Source: Macrostomum hystrix
Taxonomy: Eukaryota > Animalia > Platyhelminthes
Direction of reading: 5' to 3'
DNA: 64,000 nucleotides
Assembly: GCA_950097015.1 (NCBI GenBank)
Contig: CATNEN010000038.1
Location: forward strand, 5,952,001 to 6,016,000
In this document: positions 47,086 to 59,600 of the stretch, one piece after another
How the letters are laid out: every line of letters begins with the position of its first letter
Numbering within the stretch: the stretch's first letter is position 1
Made by a program: the position numbers and the translations under genes
Notes under the pieces: generated by a model
What the model saw: only the letters and a program-made list of their open reading frames with translations
Told to the model about the DNA's origin: nothing
Databases searched by the model: none

Positions 47086-47577
47086 GGATGGGAGATGTGA
47101 GATCTCGATACTCAAAGTGAGATTTAGTTTTCTCTATAAATTATTTTTCAAGGCCAGTGTTTTATAGACAATTCTAGTTCTCCTTACTTTGAGATTCGTG
47201 ATTTGCAGAGTTACAATCTCAGTCTTATTTGCAATAAGATACCATTGCTAGCAGCGCTCAGCCGTGTGAGTTTGTAACTTTTGCTAATAGTTGTTCAATT
47301 AGTAAATCTTCGCAATGCCAGTACACATTCTTTTTGCAATACTATCTTTTGTGCTTTTTGATTTCATTTTGAAACTCATTCTACCCGTGTTGGTGTGTTT
47401 TTTGTGTTTAAGTTACAATGACCACATCACTGTAATTCGAGTTTGCACTTCAATTCGATTTTCTAATAAAAAAATGGCTTTTTAGTACGCTATATAACTA
47501 ATCCATTATGCGGTATTGCTTTGCACTTTTAGCAGATTCCTTGCACCGAACGTACTGATGGTTCCTAGAGCTTACTA

Positions 47578-48487
47578 TGACCTTTGACCTTCAGTTGGTC
47601 ACATTTGACCCATTTCAGTGACCTTCAGTTGGTAACCTTTGACGCATTTTAGTGACCTTCAGTTGGTCTCATTTGACCCATTCAAGGACCTTCAGTTGGT
47701 TTCATTCGACCCATTTCAGTGACCTTCAGTTAGTCACATTCGACCCATTTCAGTGACCTTCAGTTGGTCACATTTGACCCATTTCAGTGACCTTCAGTTG
47801 ATCACCTTTGACCCATTTCAGTGACCTTCAGTTGGTCACATTTGACCCATTTCAGTGACCTTCAATTGGTCACATTTGACCCATTTCAGTGACCTTCAGT
47901 TGGTCAGCTTTGACCCATTTCAGTGACCTTCAGTTGGTCACCTTTGACCCATTTCAGTGACCTTCAATTGGTCACCTTTGGCCCATTTCAGTGACCTTTA
48001 GTTGGTCACCATTTGACCCATTTCAGTGACCTTCAGTTGATCACCTTTGACCCATTTCAGTGACCTTCAGTTGGTCACATTTGACCCATTTCAGTGACCT
48101 TCAATTGGTCACATTTGACCCATTTCAGTGACCTTCAGTTGGTCACATTTGACCCATTTCAGTGACCTTTAGTTGGTCACCTTTGACCCATTTCAGTGAC
48201 CTTCAGTTGGTCACCTTTGACCCATTTCAGTGACCTTTAGTTGGTCACCTTTGACCCATTTCAGTGACCTTCAGTTGGTCAGCTTTGACCCATTTCAGTG
48301 ACCTTCAGTTGGTAACCTTTGACCCATTTCAGTGACCTTCAGTTGGTCAGCTTTGACCCATTTCAGTGACCTTCAGTTGGTAACCTTTGACCCATTTCAG
48401 TGACCTTCAATTGGTCACGTTTGGCCCATTTCAGTGACCTTTAGTTGGTCACCATTTGACCCATTTCAGTGACCTTCAGTTGGTCAA
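47578..48487. repeat. Minisatellite, 34-bp unit GTGACCTTCAGTTGGTCACATTTGACCCATTTCA, about 26 copies
   Basis: Periodicity read directly. Confidence 0.95.
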
Positions 48488-49271
48488 CTAGGGATGGTAA
48501 AAGTGCAAGAAATGTCTCTAATCGTGAGCATGACGATTCAAACCAAATTTTTTGAAGGCTGTGACATCACTTGTCATCGCATTTAACTGCCAATCCCAAA
48601 TTTATAATAGCTTTTTCACTTTTCTGATCTTTCTATATTTTAGAACGATTTCAGCATATTTAGATTTGTTTCATATTTATCCGACTTCAATCATGACTAA
48701 TGACTTCGCCTTTTATAAGTGCACTTTTAAAGTACACACTCGCTGCATGTACATCTAATCACTGCGAGTCACATATAGCTAGTGTTTCTATTCACGCTAT
48801 TTTGTCCTTATTTATTTTATCGCTGCCCATGTTCGGTGAAATTCTAACTTTAGTTTTTTTGGTTTTGCAATCCATTTATTGTATGAATTTCCGCGTTTTC
48901 TATCCTTACCTTCACCTTACCTGTTTTTAACTGTTTTATAGTTGTTCTACGATAATTTGTTAGTAAGATTACACATTCCAGTCCTTGACCCCACAATAAC
49001 ACCAAGCCTACTATGTTATGTTCATAATATTTTTAAAGAATACAGTTTTTATCTCCTTGTAAACTTTCTGTCATTTCTCTCGCTATGACCAAACTTGCAC
49101 AATGTGCTATTTTTTGTCTGCAAGGCTGTCTGGTTAACAATATTGTTAACGATAAACTGGTCTTTATTATTATTGCTATAGTCTATTGCGCACACTGACA
49201 CCTACTCAAGCCGAGAGGTTGCTTTCATATATAATCATTTTCTTTGATCTTTTAACAGCTCAGCTGTGTCA

Positions 49272-50135
49272 CACCAGTTGCAATACCCTCAGTACACCAC
49301 TTGCAATACCCTCAGTGCACCAGTTGCAATACCCTCAGTACACCACTTGCAATACCCTCAGTGCACCAGTTGCAATACCCTCAGTGCACCAGTTGCAATA
49401 CCCTCAGTACACCACTTACAATACCCTCAGTGCACCAGTTGCAATACCCTCAGTACACCACTTGCAATACCCTCAGTGCACCAGTTGCAATACCCTCAGT
49501 GCACCAGTTGCAATACCCTCAGTACACCACTTGCATTACCCTCAGTGCACCAGTTGCAATACCCTCAGTACACCAGTTGCAATACACTCAGTGCATCAGT
49601 TGCAATTCCCTCAGTGCATCAGTTGCAATACCCTCAGTACACCACTTGCAATACCCTCAGTGCACCAGTTGCAATACCCTCATTACACCAGTTGCAATAC
49701 CCTCAGTACACCAGTTGCAATACCCTCAGTACACCAGTTGCAATACCCTCAGTGCACCAGTTGCAATACCCTCAGTACACCAGTTGCAATACCCTCAGTA
49801 CACCAGTTGCAATACCCTCAGTACACCAGTTGCAATACCCTCATTACACCAGTTGCAATACCCTCAGTACACCAGTTGCAATACCCTCAGTACACCAGTT
49901 GCAATACCCTCAGTACACCAGTTGCAATTCCCTCAGTGCAACAGTTGCAATTCCCTCAGTACACCAGTTGCAATACCCTCAGTACACCAGTTGCAATACC
50001 CTCAGTACACCAGTTGCAATACCCTCAGTACACCAGTTGCAATACCCTCAGTGCACCAGTTGCAATACCCTCAGTACACCAGTTGCAATACCCTCAGTGC
50101 ACCAGTTGCAATACCCTCAGTGCACCAGTTGCCAT
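49272..50135. repeat. Minisatellite, 23-bp unit CACCAGTTGCAATACCCTCAGTR, about 37 copies
   Basis: Periodicity read directly. Stop-free in all three + frames. Confidence 0.96.
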
Positions 50136-50910
50136 TCCAGATCCCCAATCTTTATACCGCGAAAGCGCAGAACGCCAGTTCAGAGGAAAGCAGAAAATGG
50201 AAATAATTTCTTAGGTTTTTAGCAACTGGTTAGCTAAACAAATCTATGGCAACTTGGGACACGGCGCTAGAATGATGTTACAGGGTTCGAAATGCCGCTT
50301 TGAAGGAAGATAATAAGTTGCCGAATGCCAAACCCCAGCTGAAGAGAATCGGGTGAGGCTGCAACTGAGTAGCAGACTGGAAGACGCAATGGTGGACTTT
50401 TGTGGCATCCAGTCTAAATGCGATCAGCTTGGGAAATTGCCGACTGCCAATAACTCGGCCAGTTTTCCAGTGAAAAGCGCTGTCTGAGCTATAAACTGTG
50501 TCTAGCAATGAGATGCACAAAGGTCTTCTGGGGCTGTCCAATTCATCTACCAATGTGCTCAGGAGTCAGTTGAGTTCGACTGCCAACAAATAATATAAAT
50601 ATTATAGCAATATCGATATGTTTATTATGACTACCAATACTACTGTTGCCAACAGCAACCAAAGCGCGTGACACTTTTGTTTCTAACGGCTTTCCTTGAA
50701 TCCGAAGCATCTAGCTAGTTTAAAAAACAATGACTACAAAATACTCACCGACTGCCTGCATGAATTGCCATTGGGGGGGGGTGACTAGTTGAAAGTGCAG
50801 GGTCAGGGCCGCTGCCCACTGGACTGCAGGCAGTGTATTTAATAATTCATTAACGGCTGGGCTAGTTTTGCTGTCCTATAGGAGAAGCTACTAGCAGCAA
50901 AAGCTTGCTA

Positions 50911-51880
50911 CGAGGGGTGTTCCAAAAGTCCTTTCCTTTTTGAGCATAGCTCAGGATGTAGAGGTCTGATTGCAAAGCGGTTTTCGATGGCTTATAGAAC
51001 TTTTTTCTGTGCTTCTTTTGACACCAAGCTTATGCTAAACGGTAAAGCAGTTTCTGAGATATATGGGCATTGGCCTTAGACACCTACCATTAGGTTTACA
51101 AAGATTGATTATTCTGCCTAAAACCAAGTCTTGTGTTGTGTTGACTTGCATTTTAAAGCCCAAGAAAGCAAATGTTAGCCATAATCTTGACATGATTTTG
51201 CTGAAACATTACAATAGTCTTTCTGCAAGTCTTTTGTTTTCAAAAGCCTTACCTCTTGTCAACAAGTTTGCTGTCTCTTTTGACATCTGGAGTTTGGATC
51301 ACCTCCATGGATGCCCACAGTGTCGAAGCACAGCGAGCTGCGATCTTTTCACTGTGGAGAAATTGTCAGTCGGCTATTCAAATTCATCAAGGCTTGGTCA
51401 CCGCATACCAGGATCAAGCAGACTCTTCGCACCGTTCGCAATTGGATTGAGCGCTTTGAAGCAGGTCGAGAGCAACTGAGTGATCAACCTCGCTCCGGCC
51501 GCCCTACTGCTCCATTCATCAAAGACCCTGCCCCTCGCATCAGAGCACTTCTGGATGAGGATGCACGGATGACAGTACACCTGATTTCTGATCATCTTAT
51601 GCTCCCACAACAACTGTCTACCGAGTGCTAACGGAAGAACTGGGTCTGGTGAAGCTTTCTGCCCGCTGGGTGCCTCGACTCTTGAGTTCGTTGTTTCTGT
51701 AAACCTTTCACTAGATCCATAGTAAAACGCCTAGCGTTTTGTGAAAAGTAGGCCTTTTTAAATAAGTTTGGTGTCAAAAGAAGCACAGAAAAAAGTTCTA
51801 TAAGCCATCGAAAACCGCTTTGCAATCAGAACTCTACATCCTGAGCTATGCTCAAAAAGGAAAGGACTTTTGGAACACCC
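50911..51880 (+). mobile_element. Internally deleted mariner (Tc1/mariner) element with about 125-bp TIRs
   Basis: Left end TA|CGAGGGGTGTTCCAAAAGTCC..., inverted copy at about 51765-51880. Transposase remnant from ATG 51307 with a frameshift: IHQGL, TVRNWIERFEAGR, DQPRSGRP, ARWVPR. The DD34D domain is deleted. Confidence 0.93.
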
Positions 51881-52089
51881 ATTCAAATTTTCAACTAGTC
51901 CTTAACTAGATGATAGTTAGCTATTTAATTAGGTAGTTTGTTTGTTTGTTTGTTTTTATTTATTTGTTCGTTTTTTGTTTTTGTATCATTAAGTTTGTTT
52001 GTTAGCTTGTTTGTTTTTTGTTAGCTTTTTTGTTTGTTTGTCATTAAGTTTGTCAGTTTGTTTGTTTGTTTTTTTGTTTGTCAATTATT

Positions 52090-52400
52090 AGCTGGGCTCT
52101 GTGGCAGCTAGAGCGGTGCGTCTGTCTCTCGCACCAATTAAAGTCCATGAGCTCGATTTCGCGTCGACTCCACATTCTACGGGCGCAGCCGCGGCGAGAA
52201 GGCTTGGGGGCTTGTCGTACAATTTACGCTCTTGATCGGGCCAACCTCCCGAGGCACAGTGAGAGTGTACACTGCCTGACGATGAGTAAGTCAGGCCGGA
52301 TGTACACAACTACGTGAGCCTGTTCCTGTGAACAGTATCTGTGCGCGTGTGTGCTCAGGAGTCAGCGAAATGGGCAGAATGGGCCTGCAACCCTCATTAT
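52090..52400 (+). mobile_element. SINE-like dispersed repeat (related copies at about 46110-46200, 50554-50571, 54400-54720 minus, 62250-62302 minus)
   Basis: Shared core GTGTGCTCAGGAGTCAGCGAAATGGGCAGAA. This copy has a weakly tRNA-like head and an (ATT)n-like end. Confidence 0.6.
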
Positions 52401-52904
52401 TCTAGTTACTTAGGGTCCGATTAGTTAGCTTACTTGGTTAGTAATTAATTAAGTAAATTAGTAAGTAAATTAGCTCGTAAGCTAAAATGCGGACACTCCC
52501 AATTACAAACATCGGATTAAAAGAAGCCCGCACATCTCAGCAACCATTGCTGGCTTGTGAGCAGGCCGGGGGATTTCGTCTCCCGCCTTTAAGTTCTTCT
52601 ACTTTTCTCATAGATGAGACGGAGGCTTAATGAATGGAGCACTTTATTCACTCGCATTGTCAGGACTAATTAATGGCACTGGCTGCAGGCGGGTGTGCTA
52701 ACCTAGCCTTGAGAACAGCGCTGCGCTTGAGCATATACCACAGATGGAGATCCGATAGGCAAGCAGAACTTGGCTACGGAAATATAATTTTCTGTAATTG
52801 CATCAGATTGTTAGACTCTACAGAATCAATTAGGAATTGAAAATGATATTCATAAAATGGAAATACAAGTACCTTATTGATTACATTAAAGCATTAGACA
52901 GGGA

Positions 52905-53455
52905 AAATATGACACAGTTAAGAGATGAGACAGGGGATAGATTAGATACGAGAGAGATCAGACAGGTGAGAGATGAGACAGGAAAGAGATGAGACAGGCA
53001 AGAGATGAGACACGGGAGAGATGAGGCAGGAAAGAGATGAGACACGGGAGAGATGAGACAGGCAAGAGATGAGACAGGCAAGAGATGAGACACGGGAGAG
53101 ATGAGGCAGGAAAGAGATGAGACAGGAAAGAGATGAGACACGGGAGAGATGAGACAGGCAAGAGATGAGACAGGCAAGAGATGAGACAGGAAAGAGATGA
53201 GACAGGCAAGAGATGAGACACGGGAGAGATGAGACAGGGGACAGATTAGATACGAGAGAGATTAGACAGGTGAGGGATGAGGCAGGAAAGAGATGAGACA
53301 GGCAAGAGATGAGACAGGCTAGAGATGAGACAGGCAAGAGATGAGACAGGCAAGAGATGAGGCAGGAAAGAGATGAGACAGGCTAGAGATGAGACAGGCT
53401 AGAGATGAGACAGGGGACAGATTGGATACAAGAGAGATGAGACAGGGAATAGATA
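52905..53455. repeat. Purine-rich minisatellite, 16-17-bp unit AGAGATGAGACAGGCA
   Basis: Periodicity read directly, with variants. Ends about 200 bp upstream of the GPCR ATG. Confidence 0.92.
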
Positions 53456-53659
53456 GAGGACATTAAGAAGAGTTAAGCAAGCTACCCAATTAGCTGTGAG
53501 TGTGTGCGCCTGTTCCACCCCATTGGCTGTCAGGTTAAGCAGCTAGGCTGATAAGCACGGGCTGGAGCTCGCGTACTTCTGCCCGCGCCGCATCCCGACT
53601 CAAAATCGGGTATTGCCTCAAAAGAAAAGTGGAGAGTCTGAGAGGATGAGGAGGAGGTC

Positions 53660-56600
53660 ATGAAGGTCTTCGCTGCCATGCCATCCGAACTGACGCCCTC
53701 GACACCGCCGTCCAACGACTGCAGCGTCGCTGACAATTTCACCGATCGGGCCGACGACGACGCCGCGGCGCAGATGCCGCACTGGAATAGCTGGAGCGCC
53801 GTTCAGGTGTCCGTCCTGCTGCTGCTGTTCTCCGTCTCCGCCGTAGCCAACCTGCGAGCTCTCTGCCTGGTGGCCTGGCAGCGAAGCAGGCGCGGCTGTC
53901 GGAATCATCCGGCTGTCAACAGCCTGCTGTTGCACCTGCTGACCGCAGACGTGCTGGTTGCTGTCTTCTGCATCCTAGGCGACGCGATGTGGCAGACGAC
54001 TGTGCAATGGGTGAGGACGGTGGAAATCTGGCTGGGGGCATGATTGGCGAGTGGCGTGGAGTGCTAATTCCGCAATGGAGGTGCTGAGTTCAAATCCTAC
54101 AGAATCCCATATACTCAACTATACCCACTCATTTAGAATCCCACCCACTCATCTAGAATCCCTCCCACTCATCCAGAATCCCACCCACTCATCTAGAATC
54201 CCTCCCACTCATCCAGAATCCCACCCACTCATCCAGAATCCCACCCACTTATCCAGAATCCCACCCACTCATCCAGAATCCCACCCACTCAACTATAATC
54301 CCACCCATTCTTAGAGAATCTCACAGCGAACCCAGAAGAAAGATAAAGTAATCTTAGATCTAAATAGGCTTCGAGAAGTCAGTAAAACTGACTTCATAAT
54401 AATTGCAGGAGGGCTGCGAGCAGTGGCCTATCATTTGACACTAGACCCGCAGCCAGCGAGGAGGCAATTCTGCCCATTATGCTGACTCCTGAGCACACAC
54501 GCACACAAATACCGTACGCAGGGACACAAACTCACACAGGCGTGTTCATCTGCCCCAGTCAGCAAAACTGTTGTTACTCTGACAAAAAAAGATTAGCACC
54601 TGCCTAATTGAGGGTCTGTGCCGAAGCAGATAAGAGAGCTGGGAGGGGGGTAGGTGGCTGACAATTTTGAGCCCAGACTCATAGTAGTCTGCGTCAGCAC
54701 GGGTCCTGCTCTGATGCATTGACTAGTTTTTGGGAGCGGATTTCTCAGGATCTGGGAGAGGATATGAGGAGCGGATTACTGAGGATCAGAGAGAGGGTTT
54801 CGGGAGCGGATTAATGAGGATCTGGGAGATGGTTTGGGCAGCGGATTAATGAGGATCTGGGAGAGGGTTTGGGGAGCGGATTAATGAGGATCTGGGAGAT
54901 GGTTTGGGCAGCGGATTAATGAGGATCTGGGAGAGGGTTTGGCGAGTGGATTAATAAGGATCTGGGAGAGAGTTTGGCGAGCGGATTAATAAGGATCTGG
55001 GAGAGTGTTTGGGGAGCGGATTAATCAGGATTTGGGAGAGGGTTTGGGGAGCGGATTTCTTAGAATCTGGGAGAGGGTTTGGCGAGTGGATTAATAAGGA
55101 TCTGGGAGAGGGTTTGGCGAGCGGATTAATAAGGATCTGGGAGAGTGTTTGGGGAGCGGATTAATCAGGATTTGGGAGAGGGTTTGGGGAGCGGATTAAT
55201 AAGGATCTGGGAGAGTGTTTGGGGAGCGGATTAATCAGGATTTAGGAGAGGGTTTGGGGAGCGGATTAATCAGGATTTGGGAGAGGGTTTGGGGAGCGGA
55301 TTTCTTAGAATCTGGGAGAGGGTTTGGCGAGTGGATTAATAAGGATCTGGGAGAGGGTTTGGCGAGCGGATTAATAAGGATCTGGGAGAGTGTTTGGGGA
55401 GCGGATTAATGAGCGTCTTGCAGAGGGTTTGGGGAGCGGATTAATGAGCTTCTTGGAGAGGGTTTGGGGAGCGGATTAATGAGGGTCTGGGAGATGGTTT
55501 GGGGAGCGGATTAATGAGGATCTGGGAGAGGGTTTCGGGAGCGGATTAATGAGGATCTAGGAGAGTGTTTGGGGAGCGGATTAATGAAGGTCTGGGAGAT
55601 GGTTTGAGGAGCGGATTACTGAGGATCTGCGAGAGGGTTTGGGGAGCGGATTAATGAGCGTCTTGCAGAGTGTTTGGGGAGCGGATTACTGAGGATCTGC
55701 GAGAGGGTTTGGGGAGCGGATTACTGATGATCTGCGAGAGGGTTTGGGGAGCGGATTAATGAGGATCTAGGAGAGGGTTTGGGGAGCGGATTAATGAGGA
55801 TCTAGGAGAGGGTTTGGGGAGCGGATTAATGAAGGTCTGGGAGATGGTTTGAGGAGCGGATTACTGAGGATCTGCGAGAGGGCTTGGGGAGCGGATTAAT
55901 GAGCGTCTTGCAGAGGGTTTGGGGAGCGGATTACTGAGGATCTGCGAGAGGGTTTGGGGAGCGGATTACTGATGATCTGCGAGAGGGTTTGGGGAGCGGA
56001 TTAATGAGGGTCTTGCAGAGGGTTTGGGGAGCGGATTAATGAGGGTCTTGCAGAGGGTTTGGGGAGCAGATTAATGAGGGTCTGGGAGAGGGTTTAGAAA
56101 GTGGATTAATGAGGATCTGGGAGAGTGTTTAGAAAGTGGATTAATGAGGATCTGGGAGAGGGTTTGGGGAGCGGATTAATGAGGATTTGAAATACGTTAT
56201 TGAAATAAAAACCAGGAAATGTTGCAAAATTAGCGATTCCAGCTGGACTTCCTCAATGAAATATTAAAAAAGAAAATTAAAGTTCCTTAAAAATGCGTGG
56301 CAGCTACTCAGCTAAAGGAAGCCATGCCAAGCCGAAATTCTCGGGCGCTATCTGAAAACGCAGCTGCTCTCGTCTGTGCTTCGTTGAGCATGTACTTTTA
56401 TCTGTATTTTCTGAGCAGCACCATAACGCTAAAGATCGCATTTGAGTCTAAAAAAGTGAAAGTCAAGCCAATTTTCTTTAGAACCTAGAAACCGCTTGGC
56501 GATGGTCTTCTTAAAAACGCGCTTTCAAAGACTGACAATTTTTCCGCTTAAAAATTCGCGAAAACAGCAAACTCGAGCTTAAATTGAGTGGGTGGGATTC

Positions 56601-59600
56601 TGGATGAGTGGGTGGGATTCTGGATGAGTGGGTGGGATTCTAGTTGAGTGTGTGGGATTCTGGATGAGCGGGTGGGATTCTGGATGAGTGGGTGGGATTC
56701 TAGTTGAGTGTGTGGGATTCTGGATGAGCGGGTGGGATTCTGGATGAGTGAGTGGGATTCTAGTTGAGTCGGTGGGATTCTGGATGAGTGAGTGGGATTC
56801 TAGTTGAGTGTGTGGGATTCTGGATGAGCGGGTGGGATTCTGGATGAGTGAGTGGGATTCTAGTTGAGTCGGTGGGATTCTGGATGAGTGGGTGGGATTC
56901 TAATTGAGTGGGTGGGATTCTGGATGAGTGGGTGGGATTCTGGATGAGTGGGTGGGATTATAGTTGAGTGTGTGGGATTCTGGATGAGTGGGTGGGATTA
57001 TAGTTGAGTCGGTGGGATTCTGGATGAGCGGGTGGGATTCTGGATGAGTGAGTGGGATTCTAGTTGAGTCGGTGGGATTCTGGATGAGTGGGTGGGATTC
57101 TAATTGAGTGGGTGGGATTCTGGATGAGTGGGTGGGATTCTGGATGAGTGAGTGGGATTCTAGTTGAGTCGGTGGGATTCTGGATGAGTGGGTGGGATTC
57201 TGGATGAGTGAGTGGGATTATAGTTGAGTCGGTGGGATTCTAGTTGAGTGTGTGGGATTCTGGATGAGCGGGTGGGACTCTGGATGAGTGAGTGGGATTC
57301 TAGTTGAGTCGGTGGGATTCTGGATGAGTGAGTGGGATTCTAGTTGAGTGTGTGGGATTCTGGATGAGCGGGTGGGATTCTGGATAAGTGAGTGGGATTC
57401 TAGTTGAGTCGGTGGGATTCTGGATGAGTGGGTGGGATTCTAGTTGAGTGTGTGGGATTCTGGATGAGTGGGTGGGATTCTAGTTGAGTGAGTGGGATTC
57501 TAGTGGATTCGGTGGGATTCTAGTTGAGTGGGTGGGATTTTAGTTGAGTAGGTGGGATTGTTTGGAAGCAGCTGTTTCTCATTTTACAGCTGATCTAGTG
57601 TTCATTTATCTCAATAGATTTCTTAGTAAAGCAAGGCGAGCGAAAATAGTATTTTATATCGCTTTTTAAACATAACTCTAGCGAAAGCGGGTGCCGAGTG
57701 TTTAAAACTGCGGCCAGCATTTTTCGTCAATTTTTGTGAAATCTGCTGAAGCAGCAAATTCACTTCGCTATTGTTGCTGTGAATTTCGGGAAAAAAAGTA
57801 ACTGAAGCAACTGGAGGTGGAGTTGGCCGCCAGTCTCTTTGATGTTATAAAAGCGTAGTCTGGTCTCTTCCAGAGAATGAATTGAATCGTTGACGAGTTT
57901 GAGTTTCAATGTTCGTTGTCACTTTCAGAACCTCAATAATATTGTTTATATTGTCGAGCATTGTATACTATTCTATTCTAAATTTAGCACCCGGCTTCGC
58001 TGTCTGGATCCGTTGTTATTCTACTAATGCGGGCTGTTTCAACGGTTGAGGCAGCGACTTTCATTTCATTTTTAGTCGCTTCCTCAAATAGGCCGGCTAT
58101 TTTGAACCATTTGAATTGTGGACTCTTTATGCCTGTGGAGAGAGAACGAAATAAGGATGGAGTTAGGCATTCGGAGTTGGTTTTACTAAAACTGTATTCA
58201 GATTTTCCGGCACAAAAAACTGTGAAGGCTCCCATCCGCAATTCCAGATAGCAGGCGACCCTATGTGCCGCCTATTCAAGTACCTTCAAAGTGTGGCACT
58301 TGCCTCTTCTACCTACGTGACCGTTGGCATTGCGGTGGACCGCGCTCGCACCATCGCCAGGCCTCTCACCTGCCTGCAGCAGGGCCGCAGCCGCCGGTCA
58401 CTGCTCATCGCCGCTTGGACCCTCAGCCTCATCATCAGCGGGCCGCAGGTGACCCCGCTGACCTTGTTTGGTTGGTTGGTTGGTTGTTTGTTTGTTTGTT
58501 TGTTTGTTTGCTTGCTTGTTTGTTTGTTTGTTTGTTTGTTTGTTTGTTTGTTTGTTTGTTTGCTTGCTTGCTTGTTTGTTTGTTTGTTTGTTTTTGTTAT
58601 TTGTTTGGTCACTCCTTGTTTTATTTGCTGTTTGTTAGTTATTATTATTATTTTTTCTTAGCCTTTTTTTTGGCTTGTCAATTACTATTTCTGCGCTTTT
58701 ACTGCCTTGAGTCGTATAGCTCAGTTGCTGATGTTCTAGTAGTCTCCATCTCCAAGCAGTGGTAGCTGCGAACAGTTATTCAACTTGTTTTTAGCGTCTA
58801 AAACCACATTTATATTAAAAGCGCACTGCAACCTTGTACTTTAGTAGATTCAAAGATAAGGAAAAAGTGTTTCGCTCACGTCTTCCGCGGTCGCGTAAAT
58901 CTAGGCTGGAGTTTTTTAAGGTCAGCTTCAGGCCACTGGGCTGAAATTGACAAGCGTTGTGTCACGTGTTCATCAGCCTCTAGTCTTGACAGTTAATTAC
59001 GATTTAAAATAGCTTTTTCAATCTGACAGTAGTGGCGATGTGAAAGATTTTATTTCCTTGTGGAAAAGCAACAGTAGCTGATAAATACAGCCGCCTGTTA
59101 AATATCAACACTTACTTCCAACAACTCCAGCTACTGCAGTTTCGCGTTGCCCGCGGTCCCTGGCGAACCAGCTTCTACCAGTGCGTCTCCTTGACAGTCA
59201 GCCCGCCACCGGCCCTAGCTGACATTGTTGACGGCCTCCTCCTGGCCTTCATGCTATTCAATTTTGTGGCCCTGTTCGCTGCGCCCACCGTAATCCTGTG
59301 CTGCGCCTATGTCAAGCTGATCAGGGCCATCTCCACTGGGATTCGACAGTTCGGTGAGCTTGGCGTCGCTCCAATTTTGCACTTTCTACGTCTGGGGACT
59401 CCGGGACAGTCGTAGATCAGTACAAAGATAATATTTTGATTCTAGTGAACCCTTATCGACTCGAAACAGCACTGTGGAAAATTGTCCGACCAGACTGATT
59501 ATAGAATATTACCTGTCATTTGACTGTCGTTTTTGGACACAGGGAAATACTCTGTTCAACAACTGTTTGCTGGCAACTTTATTAGACTGAACTGGCACGT

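Noticed and set aside
49186-50222. Three overlapping ~300-aa ORFs
   Set aside because: The 23-bp unit has no stop codon, so all frames stay open and give the same cyclic peptide.
52275-52300. Hammerhead-like CTGACGA core
   Set aside because: No GAAA after a stem II, and no stems I or III.
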